64,000 bases of DNA from Phoronis australis (lineage: Eukaryota > Animalia > Phoronida): NCBI GenBank assembly GCA_002633005.1, contig NMRA01000350.1, positions 317,642-381,641 on the forward strand, written 5' to 3'. The position numbers and the translations under genes are program-made. The notes beneath the pieces were generated by a model. That model saw only the letters and a list, made by a program, of their open reading frames with translations. It was not told where the DNA came from and made no database searches. This document shows, in pieces, positions 1-13,855 of this stretch (position 1 is its first letter; each line of letters starts with the position of its first letter).

Positions 1-81
1 AAATGAGCTTTAGTCGAAAAGACGCATTTTTGCAAATCTTGAATTTCGGCACTGTCCAATTTATTTTGAGCACTATGTTAC

Positions 82-3000
82 CTTCAGTTGTTGATTGGTT
101 CTCTTCAGAAATTGAATCTCTTCAGCGTGTTTCTTCTCCTCAACTTGCCGTTGTTCTGCAGCACGCTTCTCAATCTGCTCACACTTTGTTTTCAATTCAT
201 TAACTTGTCTCTCCAAGTCCCGTTTATCCTGCTCTAATTCAGCAATCTGAAACACAAAAAACACGAATCAAAAACTGCGAGACTTCTCTCATGCAAATAT
301 TCACAACATATTTTTTGCTGTGAAATGGATTTTTACTGCAGGGTCAAATATTATTGACCGGACCACAGAAAACACAACACCTATCAATAAAACGTGCTAG
401 TCAGTATCTCTCTCTTAAAGGTATTACATTGTTTTGTCAAATTTGAAAAAGTTATCAGTACTGGTATTCAACATTGTGGGAGTTAACAATCAAAAAACCT
501 GCAGTTCATCAAATTAACAATTCAGATCACGGACCACAAACTATATTACTGGCCTCAACATGTTCCATATAGCCAAATGAGAAGTGGTCTTATGACTGGA
601 AACAATTTACAACTAGTCACTGCCCGAGATCATACTCAGCATGCAAGCTTGCCTGGCCTTTGAAAGCAATTTTTGCTAAGCCTGGTCTCAAGCAGTAATG
701 AATTGTTAAGTTATTTCAGTGAACAGAAATCACTCCTAAATTCCTTAAGAGATACACGTAAGTTAAGACAAGCATATGACTGAAACAGTTCGAATCAATA
801 GTGTAATGGAAGGCAGAGTGAGACACTGTATCAACTTAAAAACACAATGTTTTTTTGCTGGAAACAGTTGTGTCACAATCAGACTATATTAATCTTCTAT
901 GGAGAAAGGCAAAAAGACTTATAAGTGGGACCAGAACAAATCTTTACCCTCTTTTCCATATCAGCCTTGCCCTGTTCAGCTTGTAGTGCCTTCCTCATAC
1001 CAAACGCCACACTGCTTTCGTACAATGTCTGGTAAGCGGCTATGGTCATCCGAATCTCATCCCTAACCCGTAGCAATAAGAGACCTCGCTCAGCACAATT
1101 GATCGTGACTTGGCGGATGAGTTCATCTGAAAAAAAAATTTAATTGCTTTACATTTTGTATTATAGAGCTGTCAAAAATCTCATGATTGCTTTTTATGTC
1201 TGAAGTGTCCAAATGGATTTTGAGAAAAAAGGTTGGTACTCTTAATGAGAAAACAATAATATGACGTGGGAACAATTTACTATAAGTGCACACTACAGAT
1301 GGCAGCACAAAATTCAAGACTAAGTAAAAATAAATTCCCATCAAAAATGATCAGCATGTCTTGCATGAGATGCGACCCATTTTTCATCATGCATTCATCT
1401 TATGCATATGCAAAATACAATTTTGTAGCAACCTTACTCCAAGACACAGTCAGTCACACAAAAAATGCTTTTCTTTACCAGAGTTGTATTATAAAGTACT
1501 GTGTACTAGTCATCAACCAACAAGCTTCATGTAAAACCTTGAGACCAGGACCTCAGATTTGAGAAAGGCTTCGATTCGGGACTGTTGCAATTCTCAATGA
1601 TCCTACATTGTAATCTATAAGGCCATGATCTAATTTTACATCAAGTTCTGTATTTCTTATTTGCCTTGTTTCTTGAATATTTCCACGGAAACCAATATTT
1701 CACTACCTTGAAACATACCACTGACAGTGGTCATGGTCAACTGAAAAAACAGGGGTCTACAAAAATGACGACAGGGCCTTATATGGAGACAAGGAATTGA
1801 CATGATATTCAGAATTGTTACATTTATTATTAAATATTCCCAGAAAATGCATTCATTCTATAAGGCAATGGCATTCACTATCATGTTTTTACAGTACTAC
1901 GGAATAATATCAGTGGTCATGGTCAACTGGCAAAAACAGGGGTCTACAAAAATGACGACAGGGCCTGATATGGAGACATAAGGATCTGGCATGATTATTC
2001 AGAACTGTACATTATTAACTATTCCCAGCAAATGCATTCATTCTATAAGGCCATGGCATTCACTATCATGTTTTTACAGTACTACGGAATTGTAGTATTG
2101 GTCTTAAGTAGTTTCTATGCTTGGAAAGATCGGAGAGATCATTAATTGCATTTGGTTTAAAGACAGGCTGACATGCTCGTTACTAAAGGCAACAAGAGCA
2201 ATGTCAAGAATCCTCCTTGTTCAACCCTGACTAAATGTTTGATGATGTTTCCCACTCATACACCTATCACTTTCGGAACTGAACAAAATTTACCAAAACA
2301 CTGAGAGTAGAGCTCCCTCCTGACAGGGCAGATGCCTGTTTCCCTGGCCTGCCTCTGCTGCAGGCGACGGTCAAGCTCGTCTTGAAGGTTAACGACATCC
2401 AGACGGGTGGCCGGAGTGCTGGACACCTGCTGTACCCACAGCTGACCGCTTTCTGTCCACTCCCTGGGTGGTAAGATGGAGTTGAGGATCTCATCTGTCT
2501 GTTGGGCACTCTTCCCATCCATTGGTGGAAGTTTCTTTGCTGGGGGTGTGGGAACTGGGCCCCCTTGTGAGGGAGGGGGAGACGACACCTTCAGAGCTCT
2601 TGCCTAAAAATGTTGCATAAGGTTTTAGTTAGGCCTGATAATAATGTATAACATAAATGCACCAAAGTTCGAGCAACAGGTGGCTAAAATGGAAAGAAAC
2701 AGACTCACCAAAGCCAAAATGCCAGCTGAACACATTATCATTGCTTGCATAGCAGCACTTAATTAACACCAGTAAAAATGCCTGCTCAAAAATATGAATG
2801 ACGGCACATTCGTCATTCGTATTCCCAGATTTGGGTTCGTAAAAAGTGACAACTAATAAAATACGAGTAAGGTAATTTTTCTCCTAGTGTTTTTACATAT
2901 TCTCCTCATATTTTAGAGTATTTACTTGCATGGATAGAGAGCCATGATCATCAATGATGGGAAGATATTACATTGAAGAAATCTATTTCATAATACACCA

Positions 3001-4964
3001 CAATCTGCCATTCAAACAGCTCATTCTAACACCCACCCCCAACTTTTGGATCCATGAAACATCCATGGATGTTTGTTTTTATGCCCACCCCTACTTTTGC
3101 AAAAATGTTCCTTAACCATCCATAAAATGCATGGACATACTGTGTAAATGCCTGTGCCTGACTGTGAAAAACTCAATGACCATTAGCTTTATACATGCCC
3201 GATTGATAACCAAATGTTGTAAGAGAGCACAGTAAACTGACAGAAAACTAATAAAAGATACCAAGCCCAGTTTTGGCCTATTAGCATGTGTTAAAAGCGA
3301 CCTTCTCTGCAATTCTCTGAAACAAAATACCGGTAATGCTTTATAACGTTCCACAACCTAGCTGCAAAAGTTTGGGTGAAAATTTGAAAACTCCTTTCAA
3401 AGTCTACAAAATGGTCAAGTGTCCCTTACAGACTACATGGCAATTGTGGGAAAAACTGACCCACCAAGGACCATAATATCCAGTTTGTGAGAAGGGAAAT
3501 ATGAGTTTTTAGTCTTTCATACTTTTATTTTTCAAGACTGATGCAATGACGCATTAGCAGGTGAAAGAATGAGGATTGATTGAAATCATCAAAACAGGGT
3601 TGAGTATTCTTTTAAGATTACTTTTCCCTCCAAGGCATACGCATGGACTTCTCTGAGTTTTAATAAACACAAAGAATTAATAAACAGTCTTATAACTGGA
3701 TGAACACATTCATCCCAACATTACAACAGTCTGATTTTATAGTGACCTGTCCTCATTTTACTCATATTGACTCAAAAAGGAGCTGACTTCAGACAAGCGA
3801 TCAATGCTTGCCATGTTTTGGCTAACGCAACGTCTCCAGGTAATAAAAAGCGAAAGCCTGCTGCTGCAACCATCACAGACCCACACGAACTAATCAAGAT
3901 TTACTGCCTGTTCATGCTTTCATTAGGATTGTCGATTATGCATATGTGACATCTAAAGTCAAGATTTAAATAATATTTAACCTTGACCTTTACACCATTA
4001 ATCTGAGATTGCACATGCTCTAAGAAGCCAAAAATCTGTTAAAACTAAGAGTTAAACTCATCTAAGAGGTACATGTCCCATACAAAGAAATACAAATTTG
4101 GAAAACAGCAATAGTTGAATAGATGTCCCTGATTTAAAATTGATTTGAGAACCAGTTACTAACACTGAATAACAGGTAGCAGTGACTGGTTCTCAAATCA
4201 GGGACCCATGTGTATATGACTATTACCATGGAAAACTATAAGTACTCATTTATGACACCATATTTCAGAATATCGAATTATTATTATACAGAGACAATAT
4301 AATAATGCGAAACAAAACAAGACTTGATACTCAAACATTGTAATAATGTGATAGCCTTTCAAAAGTTTATTTAACTGAACAGTGCACAACGGCACAGTCT
4401 AATGGCTAGCAGGGAGTCAAGTAAACTGTTTGCCATTTCAAATAAAGATCAGTGATGCAGTAAATGATGTGGGATACATGGACGGAGGCACTCCATTACG
4501 GTGCACAGTTGTAACTATACGCAATAATGTGTTGCCAAGCAATTCCAAAAAGACGTAGGCTCACAAGATTTTTTGGCAGGACATATCATCAGAATATGAC
4601 ATGTCAGAACACAGGCACAACTAAGAACTACTTATGAAAGGATTAGCAGAGTCACTAAGAGGGCAATTATAAACATTGGTAATGAAAGTCAAGCCCCAGG
4701 TTCAAACAGTACACACATACAAGTCATTCTATATGGCACGGAATTCAAGAAAAATGTCCAAACTGTCAATACTAATGGCAGGTTGAGCCAAAGACAGAAA
4801 CGATTACCTCGACCAAAGCAATATTCACTTCACCTGGCCAATGGCAATGATGGCCAAACGGAATGAGGCAAAAGTTCACTTACCCGCGGTGTTTTCTTGT
4901 CTGTGTTTCGACTTACAAGTACAGCATTGTCATACTTGACAAGTGAAGCATTTGGTGGAATCAT
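82..4964 (-). CDS. DNALI1: Axonemal dynein light intermediate chain (p28 family), 3'-partial; final exon lies left of the window
   Basis: Exons 4964-4884 (MIPPNASLVKYDNAVLVSRNTDKKTPR), 2603-2294 (..ILNSILPPREWTESGQLWVQQVSSTPATRLDVVNLQDELDRRLQQRQARETGICPVRRELYSQCF), 1126-948 (DELIRQVTINCAERGLLLLRVRDEIRMTIAAYQTLYESSVAFGMRKALQAEQGK), 246-82 (..EEKKHAEEIQFLKRTNQQLK). All GT-AG with consistent phases; 245 codons in the window. Motifs are characteristic of p28/DNALI1. Confidence 0.97.
1725..2090. repeat. Tandem duplication, ~186-bp unit x2, DNALI1 intron 2
   Basis: cagtggtcatggtcaactg..acaggggtctacaaaaatgacgacagggcct..tactacggaat occurs at 1725 and 1911. Confidence 0.9.
4124..4228. mobile_element. 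Palindromic MITE (family also at 8175-8285)
   Basis: tgatttgagaaccagttac...gtgactggttctcaaatca inverted repeat followed by gggacccat; same arms as the copy in EMC2 intron 4. Confidence 0.65.
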
Positions 4965-5130
4965 TTTGAATCAGTGAGCAAAATTATATAAACAAGTTTC
5001 GTAAATTACAACAAATTTAGTCAGAATATCGTCCTGTGCAGAGCTTGCTTCGCAACTATGGCAACTTCTGAGTACGCATGCGTAAAAATGGTCTCGTCAA
5101 AATAAACGCGAACGAGATTACCAATCAAGT
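4965..5130. promoter_or_regulatory. Bidirectional promoter region DNALI1/EMC2
   Basis: Only 166 bp between divergent ATGs. Contains X-box-like GCAACTATGGCAAC (5052-5065), NRF1-like palindrome TACGCATGCGTA (5073-5084), forkhead-like ATAAACAA (~4988) and CCAAT (5121). Confidence 0.7.
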
Positions 5131-8100
5131 ATGGCGTCCTCCGTGAGATGGGATGGTATTTAGCTTTCTTTGAACATTTTGTTTGCATTTTAGTCGTATT
5201 GCGATCTTATCATTAATGTTTTTGTTTTGATCGAATTTTCCAAAGTCATTGAAAGAATTTATTTTTGTGTTCCAAGATGAAAAGGGGTTCTCAAAGAAAG
5301 CGAATTCTCTCGATTTGAGAGAAAAAATCTCAATTTCTCCCCGAGTCCCCGAGTCCTTTGGCTTTGACCTTAGGCTTAGGCTTAGGCTTAGCCCTTGGTA
5401 AAAACGGCACACTTTTGTTTCAGAAATGGCATTTTATGAAGTTTTAATTTGAGCTTTGAGACTTCTTTTATTGAATTCAACATGACATATGAAATATCAG
5501 GTTAATTTTTTGTGAAGTATCCTCATTTAGTTTTTAAGATTTGGCCAGTTGAAATAACAAAAATAAGAAATGTGGGCTACAGAGAATACATCATTGGTAT
5601 CGTTACATTCATGTTGGAAAAGATTTAAATCTGGCTTAGAAACAAGAAAGTTTATTACTCTGGTAACTCATGTACTTGATCTCTGAACGTCAATATAAAA
5701 AACGCTAGGTTCATACTAGACAATGTCCATCGCCTCTGTTGGCCCGAACCAGAGGGGATGCAGCTCCTATAGGCGCTCTGTACACCGGAAGCTTTTCGGC
5801 GAATTATGCCTCGCACTGACTAAATCAGATTTTCATGGAATTTTCGAAATATTTGAAAACATTTAGTTTTTTGTTCAGGGGATTTATTTATCCTGAATCC
5901 ACACAAGTGGAACATTTTAAAATCAATTCCTAATGGTGTTTTGAGAATAGTGTACAATGCATCGAATCTGAACTTGTGTCAGCTAGTCTTCGAGGATGTG
6001 AACTACGTCTTTGTGTCAAAATTTAAAGCCTCTCATTTTTGACAGAGGCCAGGGACCATTTGAAGAAGATGCGAGATGACCAACTGAGGTGCAGTGAAGA
6101 AGTTGTGGCAATATGGAACAATGTTTTACATCACTTCACATACAAACTTGGAGATGAACGTGAGTTGACATTTAAAAAATAGTTTTCCAAGAATGTTGAC
6201 TGCACAAATTGCATGACAGGCTTCTTTGTTATTGTTCTGTGAATTATTTTGAAACATAAAATAAGATGGCCGTTAATTCCCACGGATGTGCTTAGGAAAT
6301 TTATTTCGACATTATTTCGCTGTTTGATAAAGTAACATTGGATGAGTTAATTCCCTAGAAATAAGCACGAGGGTTAATTACAGTCATGCTACACACACAA
6401 CAGGCAAACTAGGATACAGAAGATATTGAACAAAATATTATTTCTTCACTATGATTGCAAGTTCAGTTTACCGTATTGTACTTCCTCTCACTCTCAACAG
6501 TTGTGATAGGGAATGTCTGGTTATTCCATCTAATTCCTTTTTTCTCAGGTGTGTATGTCTAGAAATATACAGAACTTGTTTGTGTCTCGTTCCAGTATGG
6601 CTGATCTATGAACAGGTGCTTATTGCAGCGTTAGACTGTGGCGACCATAATCTGGCAAAGGTGAGCCATGACCAAATATCCGGATTAATTGTTGTCATTG
6701 ACCATCTCAAGATTTAACAACCTTCCACAAAGTTTTAAAATTTTTCCTCAAACTTGTGAGAGGTCATTTACATTGATAACCAAAGTTTCGGACTTTTCTG
6801 GGCACACTAAATAAAACGTTTTGCAATTATTGCTGGATGAGGTAAGGAGACACAGTATGATTCATTTAGATGTAGTTCATACACAAATTTGCTGAAAAGC
6901 ATTGAAATAAACCTGCGGTTTCTGTGGAAAATACAAGTTTCGATTTATGAGCCTCTTACCTCTATGAAATTGGTCTCACGTTGTTCCATAGTCATAGCAA
7001 GCGATATTTGAGGACCTGGAAAGATTTGACTGCTTGTTAGTTCTTCGGACCAAGCTCATAAAATCTCAAGTGGTCAAATTCAAAACTTATATTTTGGCAG
7101 ATAGCACAGGTTTAATTCAACTAGCTTCTTCGCCTTACAAACGAGTCAGACGGTTTTTAGTGAAAAAATCTTCCTAGTAAGGGTTATTTAATCAATGAAA
7201 TCATAATGCTTAAAGTCTGCATTGCAACTGTCACTTAAAAATGTTTTTGAGTTCTATGTCAAAGAGCCAAAATCAACAGCTTATCTGTGCCGTACTCATC
7301 GCAAATGCTCATTGGGTCACTTGGCTGACATTTTTGAATGGAAGCACCTTGGATGACAAAAATCGATGATTTTTCGAAGTTTTTCCCGACCTGCTGAGGC
7401 TGTATGTCTTTTTTTTAATAACACAAAACGTGTCCTATCAGAATTATTAGAATTCTGATGCGAGTTTTATGAGACAATGGTGTTTTAGCCAACTGCACAT
7501 TCAAGGCCTAATGCATTTTCCAAATTTTTTGTAACTTTGCTTTCTTCTTTATTCATGGAAAATTGTTGATGTATGTTTCAGAGTTGCTACAATAAATTGA
7601 AAGAACAATTTCCTGACAGCAGTCGAGTAGCACGTTTACAAGGCTTGATATTAGAGGCTATGGGCAAGTGAGTACTCTATAGTATGACAGAATGTTATAG
7701 GTGTGCTTTCTCAACATTTGTCCTAGTATATAAATGTATAATTGTAATTTTTAAGTTCCATAAATCCACATTCCGTCATAGAAAATAACTCTAATTAGAT
7801 CACATAAAGCGGCCATAGATTTGCTCTCATCTCGCTCCTTTTTCAGGCGAGAATCGGTTTTTGATCTGTCTGTTGGTTATTGCACGAGACCATGCTCGGC
7901 TAATAAAATTAGAAGTGTGCTTGCAGAGACCTCTATCAGGCATTAGCAACACTGCCAGTTCTTTCCAAGCCACGAATTCACATCTATTTTGATTAAGGAA
8001 CCACTTAAGACCCATTTCATGATGCTAAGTGGTCTAATTCAAGAGTTCATTTTTGTGATGGAAGGCAGGTTTGTAGCTGCTTTAACTTTGAGCGTACTGC

Positions 8101-11100
8101 ATTCGCCAAGTGCATTTCGGATTCCTAAGCCAATGAACTTTGACATTCGCAAGTTGTAGCGTCATGAATTTTGGGTAGTAGTCACTTACAGAGGCCCCAC
8201 TTTTTGAGAACCAGTTTTCTCCACTGTTAACCAAGTATCAAACTGGTTCTCAAAATCTGGGACCCATATAAGTGACTGTTGCCACTGTTTTGTTCCTTTT
8301 CGTGCACTCCATTTGCATTTGAGAGAAACAAAAACTTAGTCTCACATTGCGCAAGTAACGTTAAACTGAAGTCGCATTTTTCAAACTCAAGTAAAACGTT
8401 CCACCCCTGGTGTTGTCATGTGTTACAGCAAATGCTAACTTACAATTATTGAAGAAACAAAAGTGCTCTACCACAAAATATGAATCAAAGCAAAGATGGC
8501 GCTCTATGTGGCGTTGAATCCGTGTTGTGAGTTGTTTCTTGTTATGCAGCGGTGCTCAGCATGTTCACTTGAGGTAACGCCTTCATGGTTCAGTATTTTT
8601 TTTCAGATATGAAAAAGCGACTGAATTGTATGATGAGCTATTAGAAACAGACAAAACGAATGCCGTAAGTTACAACTTGAAACCATTGGAAAGTTGACTG
8701 ATTGTGTGACGAACATTGAGTGGACTAGGATTAAGATTTTCAGTCAAACTTTTCAATAAAAAAATTACTGAAAGAATTTGTGGTTTAATAACAAGATTGC
8801 CATGTCTAGAAATCAGCGAATTGAGTTATGAATTGACCAGAGAATTTTGGTTTCACTGAAGCTTCACTTTCCTGTAGAAGGCCATCTGTAATAGGAACTG
8901 AATGATTTCATGAGGTACTCTGAAAGGGACGTTGACACCAAATTTCTGTACAAGCCAGGTTCACAATTCTCAATTCGTTGGTGATGTTTTAAACTGGTAG
9001 TGGACAATTGGCAACGTCTATTTTTTACTTGATGTCATTGTTTTATCCTAATTAATTAAATTGAAGTTTGGTTTATATTATGTGCTGGTCTTTCTGAGAG
9101 GCCAGGACTGTGCCACCTCTGTTTGAAGGATTCTGACCCCATTTTGGTGATTCCTTCAAAAGTTAGTTCTGTCACCACGTAAATGCGCCATCCACTAGTA
9201 CCTCACCTGAACAGTGGAAGCATTACTCACAATTACCTACTTTTCCGTAATTAAAGTGAAATGCCCATTTTTTGAGGTGAAAGGTCACCCCCCCAAAGCC
9301 ATCCCGTAACTGGGTTAAAGCGTTAATCATGCTTGCCAATGTAGCAGACGTGGCAAAGGATTTTCAGCCTTGCCCCAAATTGAGGATTGATACGAGTAAC
9401 GGACCTTTATTTCATTTTAAAGATTTAATAAATTAGCAAGACAGTCGTAGTTAGTGTCTGTTAAAAGGCCAGAACAGGACTACATTAAATTCCCTTTTGA
9501 GTTTAAGCTGTCCCAATTCACTGGGAATGGGAGTAAAGTGTCAAGGAGAAAATCTGAGGAGACGCTTTGGCTAAGTGGTTTGATATCCGGATTCCCATTT
9601 GGGAGACTTGGGTTCAAATCCTGGCTTCACTGGCTGACAATCGAGCATTGCACAAAGATGTCTTCTACTCCTCGGAGCTCGGTCTTACTATTGAATGTAT
9701 GCAAGAGAATGAATGAGAACTTGTATACAAAGCTGCGCTCATATTTTTAAGAAAATCTTGAGACCTACATTTGTGTCAGTCGCGGATTTGCCTACAATTT
9801 CAGTTTGTCCAAAAACGAAAGTCTGCGATGTTAAAGGCTCAGGGAAAAGTAACAGAAGCTATCAAAGAGTTGACTAAATACCTGGAAACGTAAGTGTGAC
9901 AAGGATGAACACAGTGTTCGATACTTTGTTGATACAGTTAAACAGTACCCATTTGCTTCAGTACCAGAGGCATTTATTGCCTCTCATGGTATAACAATGC
10001 CTAGTGGTAGTTCACAATGTCAAACAACTGCCCAATACATTATTCTTCTGTTTTTACGAAGCAAATTTCTCCAATGTCTGGATGATAAAGTTCTTTTGCT
10101 ATGTATCTGCTGCTTGTTTTCTTAAATATCTTTGATGGTAGGATGTGAACAGTTATGTCAACTGTTCCCTAGTTGATTTGAGGGTAGGTGAGTATTTTCT
10201 TTTAGTTGTCAAGAACATAAGAAATTACGATACCTTTCATGATAGTTCATGAATCTCGTTTAAGTTTGCCTCGGCTGGCTTTGTCAAAGTGAAGGCCCAA
10301 TCTCAGAATGTCAGCAACAAAAACGTTGCCTTAATTGCTTTAAAGTTAACCAAACTATTTCCGTTTCAAGATTTTTGCAGAGTTTCTTTAAGATGAAATA
10401 TCATCAACATTGTTTGGAAACTTGAGCAGCGCTAGCAAAATGACAATATTCCAGTTTACAGCCTAGTGCAAAATGACAATATTCCAGTTCACAGTCTAGT
10501 GCAAAATGACAATATTCCAGTTCACAGCGTAGTGCAAAATCATAGAATATTTTGACAAAATTTGCCTGAAGTCCCTCTCTTGTCACTTTGAAGTGGACAT
10601 TCAACAACATTTGTATGCAATGGTCAATGTTCAGTGTTGTCCAGATTTTCTCATTTTGGAATCACTCACCTTGACAGGTATATGACGGACTACGATGCCT
10701 GGCTGGAGCTGTGTGATATGTATATCGGCCAACAGGATTACAGCAAAGCAGCTTTCTGCATGGAAGAGCTAATCATGTCCAACCCACACAATCATCTTTA
10801 TCACCAGAAATATGCCGAGGTCAGCTGGGTGATTTGTGTCTAGAGCTTGAAATTCATGTACAACTACGCACAGTCATAATGTTTTAAGGAGAAATTTAAC
10901 TTTGAGACAGTGCTTGAGACTTCTCTGTAGTTAATTGGCTTGGGTCAGTGACTCCTATGACTTGTGGCATACCTCAGAATGATCCACTTAGTCTTTACTC
11001 TGTTGAAATTTTTGCTTTTTGTAATTTTTTATAAAATTATGGGTATTCTTGTTGCTTTTGTCAGTCATGAACTTGTTGAGCGCAAATGTCGACGACATCA

Positions 11101-13855
11101 TATCATTACTTGATAATGTGACCTTGGCTCTGGATCATGATTTTGTCATCTAGATATTGAACTTGAAAATCAATGTGTCATTTATTGTTTCCCTGCAACA
11201 CAAACGTAAGATAATTATCTATAATTATTCTGCGCTAAAGTATAGATTATACAAATCACTAAGTAGTCCAAATTCACACTTTATGTTACTTAGATTCGAG
11301 CTGCAACTTTGTGTAAAAACTCAAATTTTCGCTCGCAAGTTTATAGCTCGAATTTGTGGGTCATTAAGTGTGAACTTATACTGAACACTCTTGTGCATAA
11401 GCCATAAAGTACATAGTAATAGACACCCTTCTTGAGTTCGGACAAAAGTAGAATAGAAAACATCAAAAATACTTTCAAGTTCGATTTTCAGTGCAAAGAT
11501 TAGAACTTGGGCCGAGACTAGGAATGGTGTGATGTGTTCAAAACAATACTGTGTGACATGCCATGCTCAACAAAGATCACGATAGACCAAGTTGACTGTA
11601 GGGTTGTGTAGATGAAATTGTTAAACTCTCTCCACATAATCTTGTAGATGCACCATGAACAAATTGAGGCGGGGACAATTCTTTGATATCAAACATTGTC
11701 TACTTTCTGATAAATAGACATAGAACGCATGCCATTTTGCAAGAAGAAACCATATAGCTCGTGCGATCACTTACTAATTGCTGCGTGTTATCTTTGACCA
11801 GGTGTTAAATTTGCAAGAGTTCTACTTGTGGTCTCGTTTCAGATCAAGTACACACAGGGTAATCAAGAGAACATGGAATGTGCGCAGAAGTACTTCTCCC
11901 AGGCAGTCAAGTTAAACCCTGACAACATGCGCGCATTATTTGGTCTCTTTATGGTAGGCTTGCTTTAAGATCAACTTTTCTTCAGCAAAAGTCATGTACT
12001 GTGTCGACCTGCAGCCACTGACCAGTATCATTGCTTAATACACAGTAACCATCATTTTCAGGTTGTAAAATGTTTCCAATTCCTTTTAGAAAGTTGCTTG
12101 TGTCTTCAACAGGGACACTTGGTGTCGATGGACGACCACTAAATATCAAGGGATAATATGTTATTCAGTCCCATTTGGTATTTAATTGTATTGTCACGCA
12201 ACAAACTAATTATTATATCATATTTTGTGGAATGTACCCAAGAAAATCTCCACTATTGTCGTTTATTCTGAGCTGCCGTTGTAGGGTATATTGACAGTTG
12301 TAGACGACTAATTGAAATGTGTGGACAATGCCTTCAGCACATCACAATGGCACTCAGATTATCTAACAACAGTGGGGATTTTCCCTGAGATGTTCAATGA
12401 ACCAACTGATAATAATAATGTAGTTTATAAACAACTGTTGTATATGATTAATTGGGTTTGTGAAGGCAGGTTTTCCGATTGACTTTTCAAGCTATGAACT
12501 TTCTAGGTGAATGTGACTTGTCGATTGGAATACAACATGGTGTCTGATTTTGCTCCAGTTTCTTACACAATTTTTATACCCTAGTCAGTCTATGTTGACG
12601 AAATCAATTGGAGGTTGCATTAAAAGAACTGGAGTCTGTAGTTGTGGCACGAAGGATCTGTGAATAAGAATATCAATGTAAATTTCAGGCTGCCAGTAAT
12701 TTAGCTTCCCAAAAGAACAAGAAGAAAGAGAGTGTTCATTACGCTGCCTGGGCCGCACAACAGATCTGTGAAAGATACAGGGTAAGAACTCAAATGCTAA
12801 TCCAAGAGAAACTAGTTGGAGAACATCCACTAGACAAATAAGGTCATTTATTTTCACTGGTACCACTTGTTGTTCTCAACGGTTGCTCTATTAGCTTCTA
12901 CATATTAACCTAAGCTAAATGTACCTTCTCTCATCTCAAAAATTCAATTAGAACACTTTTTCTCGTTGCCGGATATATACTCGTATTCTGGATTGCTATT
13001 CACAATTAATGAATAAAAGACTAGGGATCGTCTACTCAAAAAGGAATCTATGCTGCATCTGCCTTCACAGACTATGAGAGACAGCAGCTTTGTGCTATAG
13101 CTGTCTGCAACAGTGCTCGTTAATAACAAAGGATCCTTGGTTGTATTGATATCTTATTGTGGCACAAAGTTTGTCGAAGTGTTGCACAGTTTGCCAGTGT
13201 TCTGCTCGACACACCTTTGCCGACTCTTGGCAACTATGCTGTTTTAGGCTGCTGCACGTTTTGTTGCAATTGTTACCATAATATCAGTGCTCGTTACAGT
13301 GCATGTCAAACGCCCGGTTTTACTACAAATTGGCATGTGGCCATTAGTTGTTACTCATATGCTGAAATCTAAGTCGGTGACTATCAGTTTAAATCCGCAT
13401 AGAATACTCTCAACTGTTGTTTATCGGTTGTTATATTTCACTTATTTCTTGGACGCATTTTAACTTGTTAATTATATAAGTCCAATTTCATCAGCATCAT
13501 TTAAATTTTAGAAAAAAATATTGTATGTGACTTATGAATTGCATTTATTGTAACATCAATTAGTTGATGTTTTTATATCAGGTACATCTTCTTGACAATG
13601 AATGCCGTAATGAATCTCGCACGAGTTGGATCTGAACGTCTGAGTATCTGAACTAGAACAACGGTACCGTACTGTGTAACTTTGTCTTAGTTATTCACAA
13701 ATCCGACAAATGCAGGTTTTTCTGTGTGTAATTATTATTCATAAAACCGTTCTTTTGTTTTATAGGGATCTCGCGAGAAATTGTCCAAGGAACAACAAGG
13801 ACAGTTGACAATAGTTGAAAAGATGTTGGACACTTTGCAAATCTCTGGCTCGTGA
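5131..13855 (+). CDS. EMC2: ER membrane protein complex subunit 2 (TPR protein, TTC35), 289 aa, 10 exons
   Basis: Exons 5131-5155, 6046-6159, 6596-6660, 7582-7667, 8607-8664, 9804-9889, 10678-10819, 11843-11953, 12689-12781, 13766-13855; 870 nt in frame. Motifs [78 protein letters not shown]. Confidence 0.96.
6908..7114. mobile_element. MITE with degenerate TIRs
   Basis: taaacctgcggtttctgtggaaaatacaagttt versus aaacttatattttggcagatagcacaggttta (imperfect inverted repeat, TA ends). Confidence 0.5.
8175..8285. mobile_element. Palindromic MITE
   Basis: gtagtcacttac..tttgagaaccagttt ... aaactggttctcaaa..gggaccca..taagtgact form inverted arms. Confidence 0.7.
9559..9750 (+). mobile_element. tRNA-derived SINE in EMC2 intron 5
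   Basis: A box TGGCTAAGTGG (~9569) and B box GGTTCAAATCC (~9611) at tRNA spacing, followed by a non-tRNA body. The 3' boundary is approximate. Confidence 0.65.
10435..10540. repeat. 33-bp minisatellite x~3.2
   Basis: Unit gcaaaatgacaatattccagttcacagtctagt. Confidence 0.9.

Noticed and set aside
5369-5391. (CTTAGG)4 telomere-like run in EMC2 intron 1
   Set aside because: Only about 4 units and interstitial; best treated as a microsatellite.
10435-10540. CRISPR-like periodicity
   Set aside because: Contiguous tandem units without unique spacers, in a eukaryotic intron.
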